DNA of 62,498 bases, the filler included, from Choristocarpus tenellus KU-1152 (lineage: Eukaryota > Protista > Phaeophyceae): NCBI GenBank assembly GCA_964200185.2. It is 9 parts of 9 records of this genome, joined end to end, with 100 filler letters (N's around TTAATTAATTAA, not from the genome) between each part and the next. Parts side by side here need not be neighbours in the genome. Positions count along the whole stretch, not along the records: positions 57,008 to 62,498 come from CAXNAD020010622.1; 8 more parts are not named here. One strand, 5' to 3'. The notes below the pieces were generated by a model that saw nothing but the letters and a program-made list of their open reading frames with translations, ran no database searches and was not told the origin of the DNA. Position numbers and translations under genes: made by a program. Below are positions 61,581 through 62,498 of this stretch, in pieces. Position 1 is the stretch's first letter. Each line of letters starts with the position of its first letter.

Positions 61581-62474
61581 AATGTGATGATAAACAAATA
61601 TACACTATGATAAAATTGGGGATATTTGGGTTCTACTACAAAAATAATACTTAGTTTAATATTTGTAGGTTAGAAATATTTGATGATCGGACAGCTTATG
61701 CAGTTGGATGTTTGGAATATCTGGTTGAAGTTGTGGTATAGACAATGTGATCGGATACTTTATTATATTCCGTTGTCGAAGAATAGTTGAGCGGTCTTCA
61801 TTCCCGCATGTATGTGTTGTTGATGTAGGGGAGTTGAGCTCGATGATCTGATCCTCTGCAGATAGCTGGAGGGGAGACAGTAGAGGGCAATAAACAGGAG
61901 ACGACTGTCAGTCCAGAAGTCCAGTATTCAAAACCTCGCTTCACCTGATGAGATCTGTAAGTAGAGCGGTATATCTGAAGGTATTATATCAAGTTGTTAC
62001 CAAGGGAAGGGGCGGAAGGAAGTAAACGTGAAGCAAACACTCTTGTTACCACCTAAACCGCTCATCACACTGGACAATGATGGTTTAATGAGGGCCAGAA
62101 GAAGTTGGGTGATTGGGGCTTGATTAGAAGGATGGTCAGAAAGGACGAGGGAGACTCACCAACATCCTAAGCCCCCACTGGGAGTTCCTAAAAAATCTAT
62201 TCTCGGACTTTGCACGCAGGTTGGTAATGGGGGAATATGTAGGAATGTGTGTCAAGATATAGATAATGACAGAGTACATACATAGGAAAAAGGGGAAGTT
62301 TATGAGGCAATCTGAGGTTTGTGGGTGGGAGAACTCTGGAAGGAATGAGGAATGAGGAATAGAGTGATAATTAGGGTAAGAATAACACAATGTGAAGGTG
62401 GACAAAGAATTAAGTACTGGGTGACTAGGAAGCAGAAGAGTTAGGAGAGAGGTTGAAAGAAATGGGTGGTAGGT

Positions 62475-62498
62475 GACCTAAAGTATCTGGGAGGGGGG
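62475..62498. mobile_element. MITE terminus (A-type) at window end
   Basis: GACCTAAAGTATCTGGGAGGGGGG. Confidence 0.7.

Noticed and set aside
45-62405. Most of the short ORFs in the supplied six-frame track
   Set aside because: They are intronic, antisense to real exons, or translations of repeats and microsatellites. Many start at non-ATG codons.

Overview
The window is not one locus. It is nine short eukaryotic contigs (1-8194, 8295-13653, 13754-19770, 19871-26522, 26623-30212, 30313-33441, 33542-53757, 53858-56907, 57008-62498) joined by eight artificial 100-bp linkers (N44-TTAATTAATTAA-N44). The DNA is intron-rich, has C-rich acceptor tracts and carries a ciliary IFT gene. It most resembles a brown alga or related ochrophyte (inference). 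Partial spliced genes: a WD40 + ankyrin-repeat protein (>1,360 aa, open at both ends), the 3' end of WDR19/IFT144, two MORN-repeat exons, the 3' end of MAK16, the C-terminus of an uncharacterised membrane-anchored protein, a GluRS-like C-terminal exon with a long tail, a bZIP transcription factor, kinesin-4-like coiled-coil exons and a PRMT exon. Introns and intergenic DNA hold decayed copia, gypsy and mariner remnants, minisatellites and a tRNA-like SINE candidate. The most striking structure is a set of 15 MITE copies or ends from at least four families with different interiors. They share one terminus (G[AG][GC]TCAAAGTATC) and a GTCC motif at a near-fixed distance from it, several have clear 3-bp target duplications, and 8 of the 18 contig or window ends fall inside them. 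The second lead is a WD40-to-ankyrin junction motif resembling the C-terminal cap of NACHT-WD40 (NLR-like) proteins. There is no CRISPR array, rRNA or intact tRNA. All family assignments come from motif recognition by eye, not from database searches.
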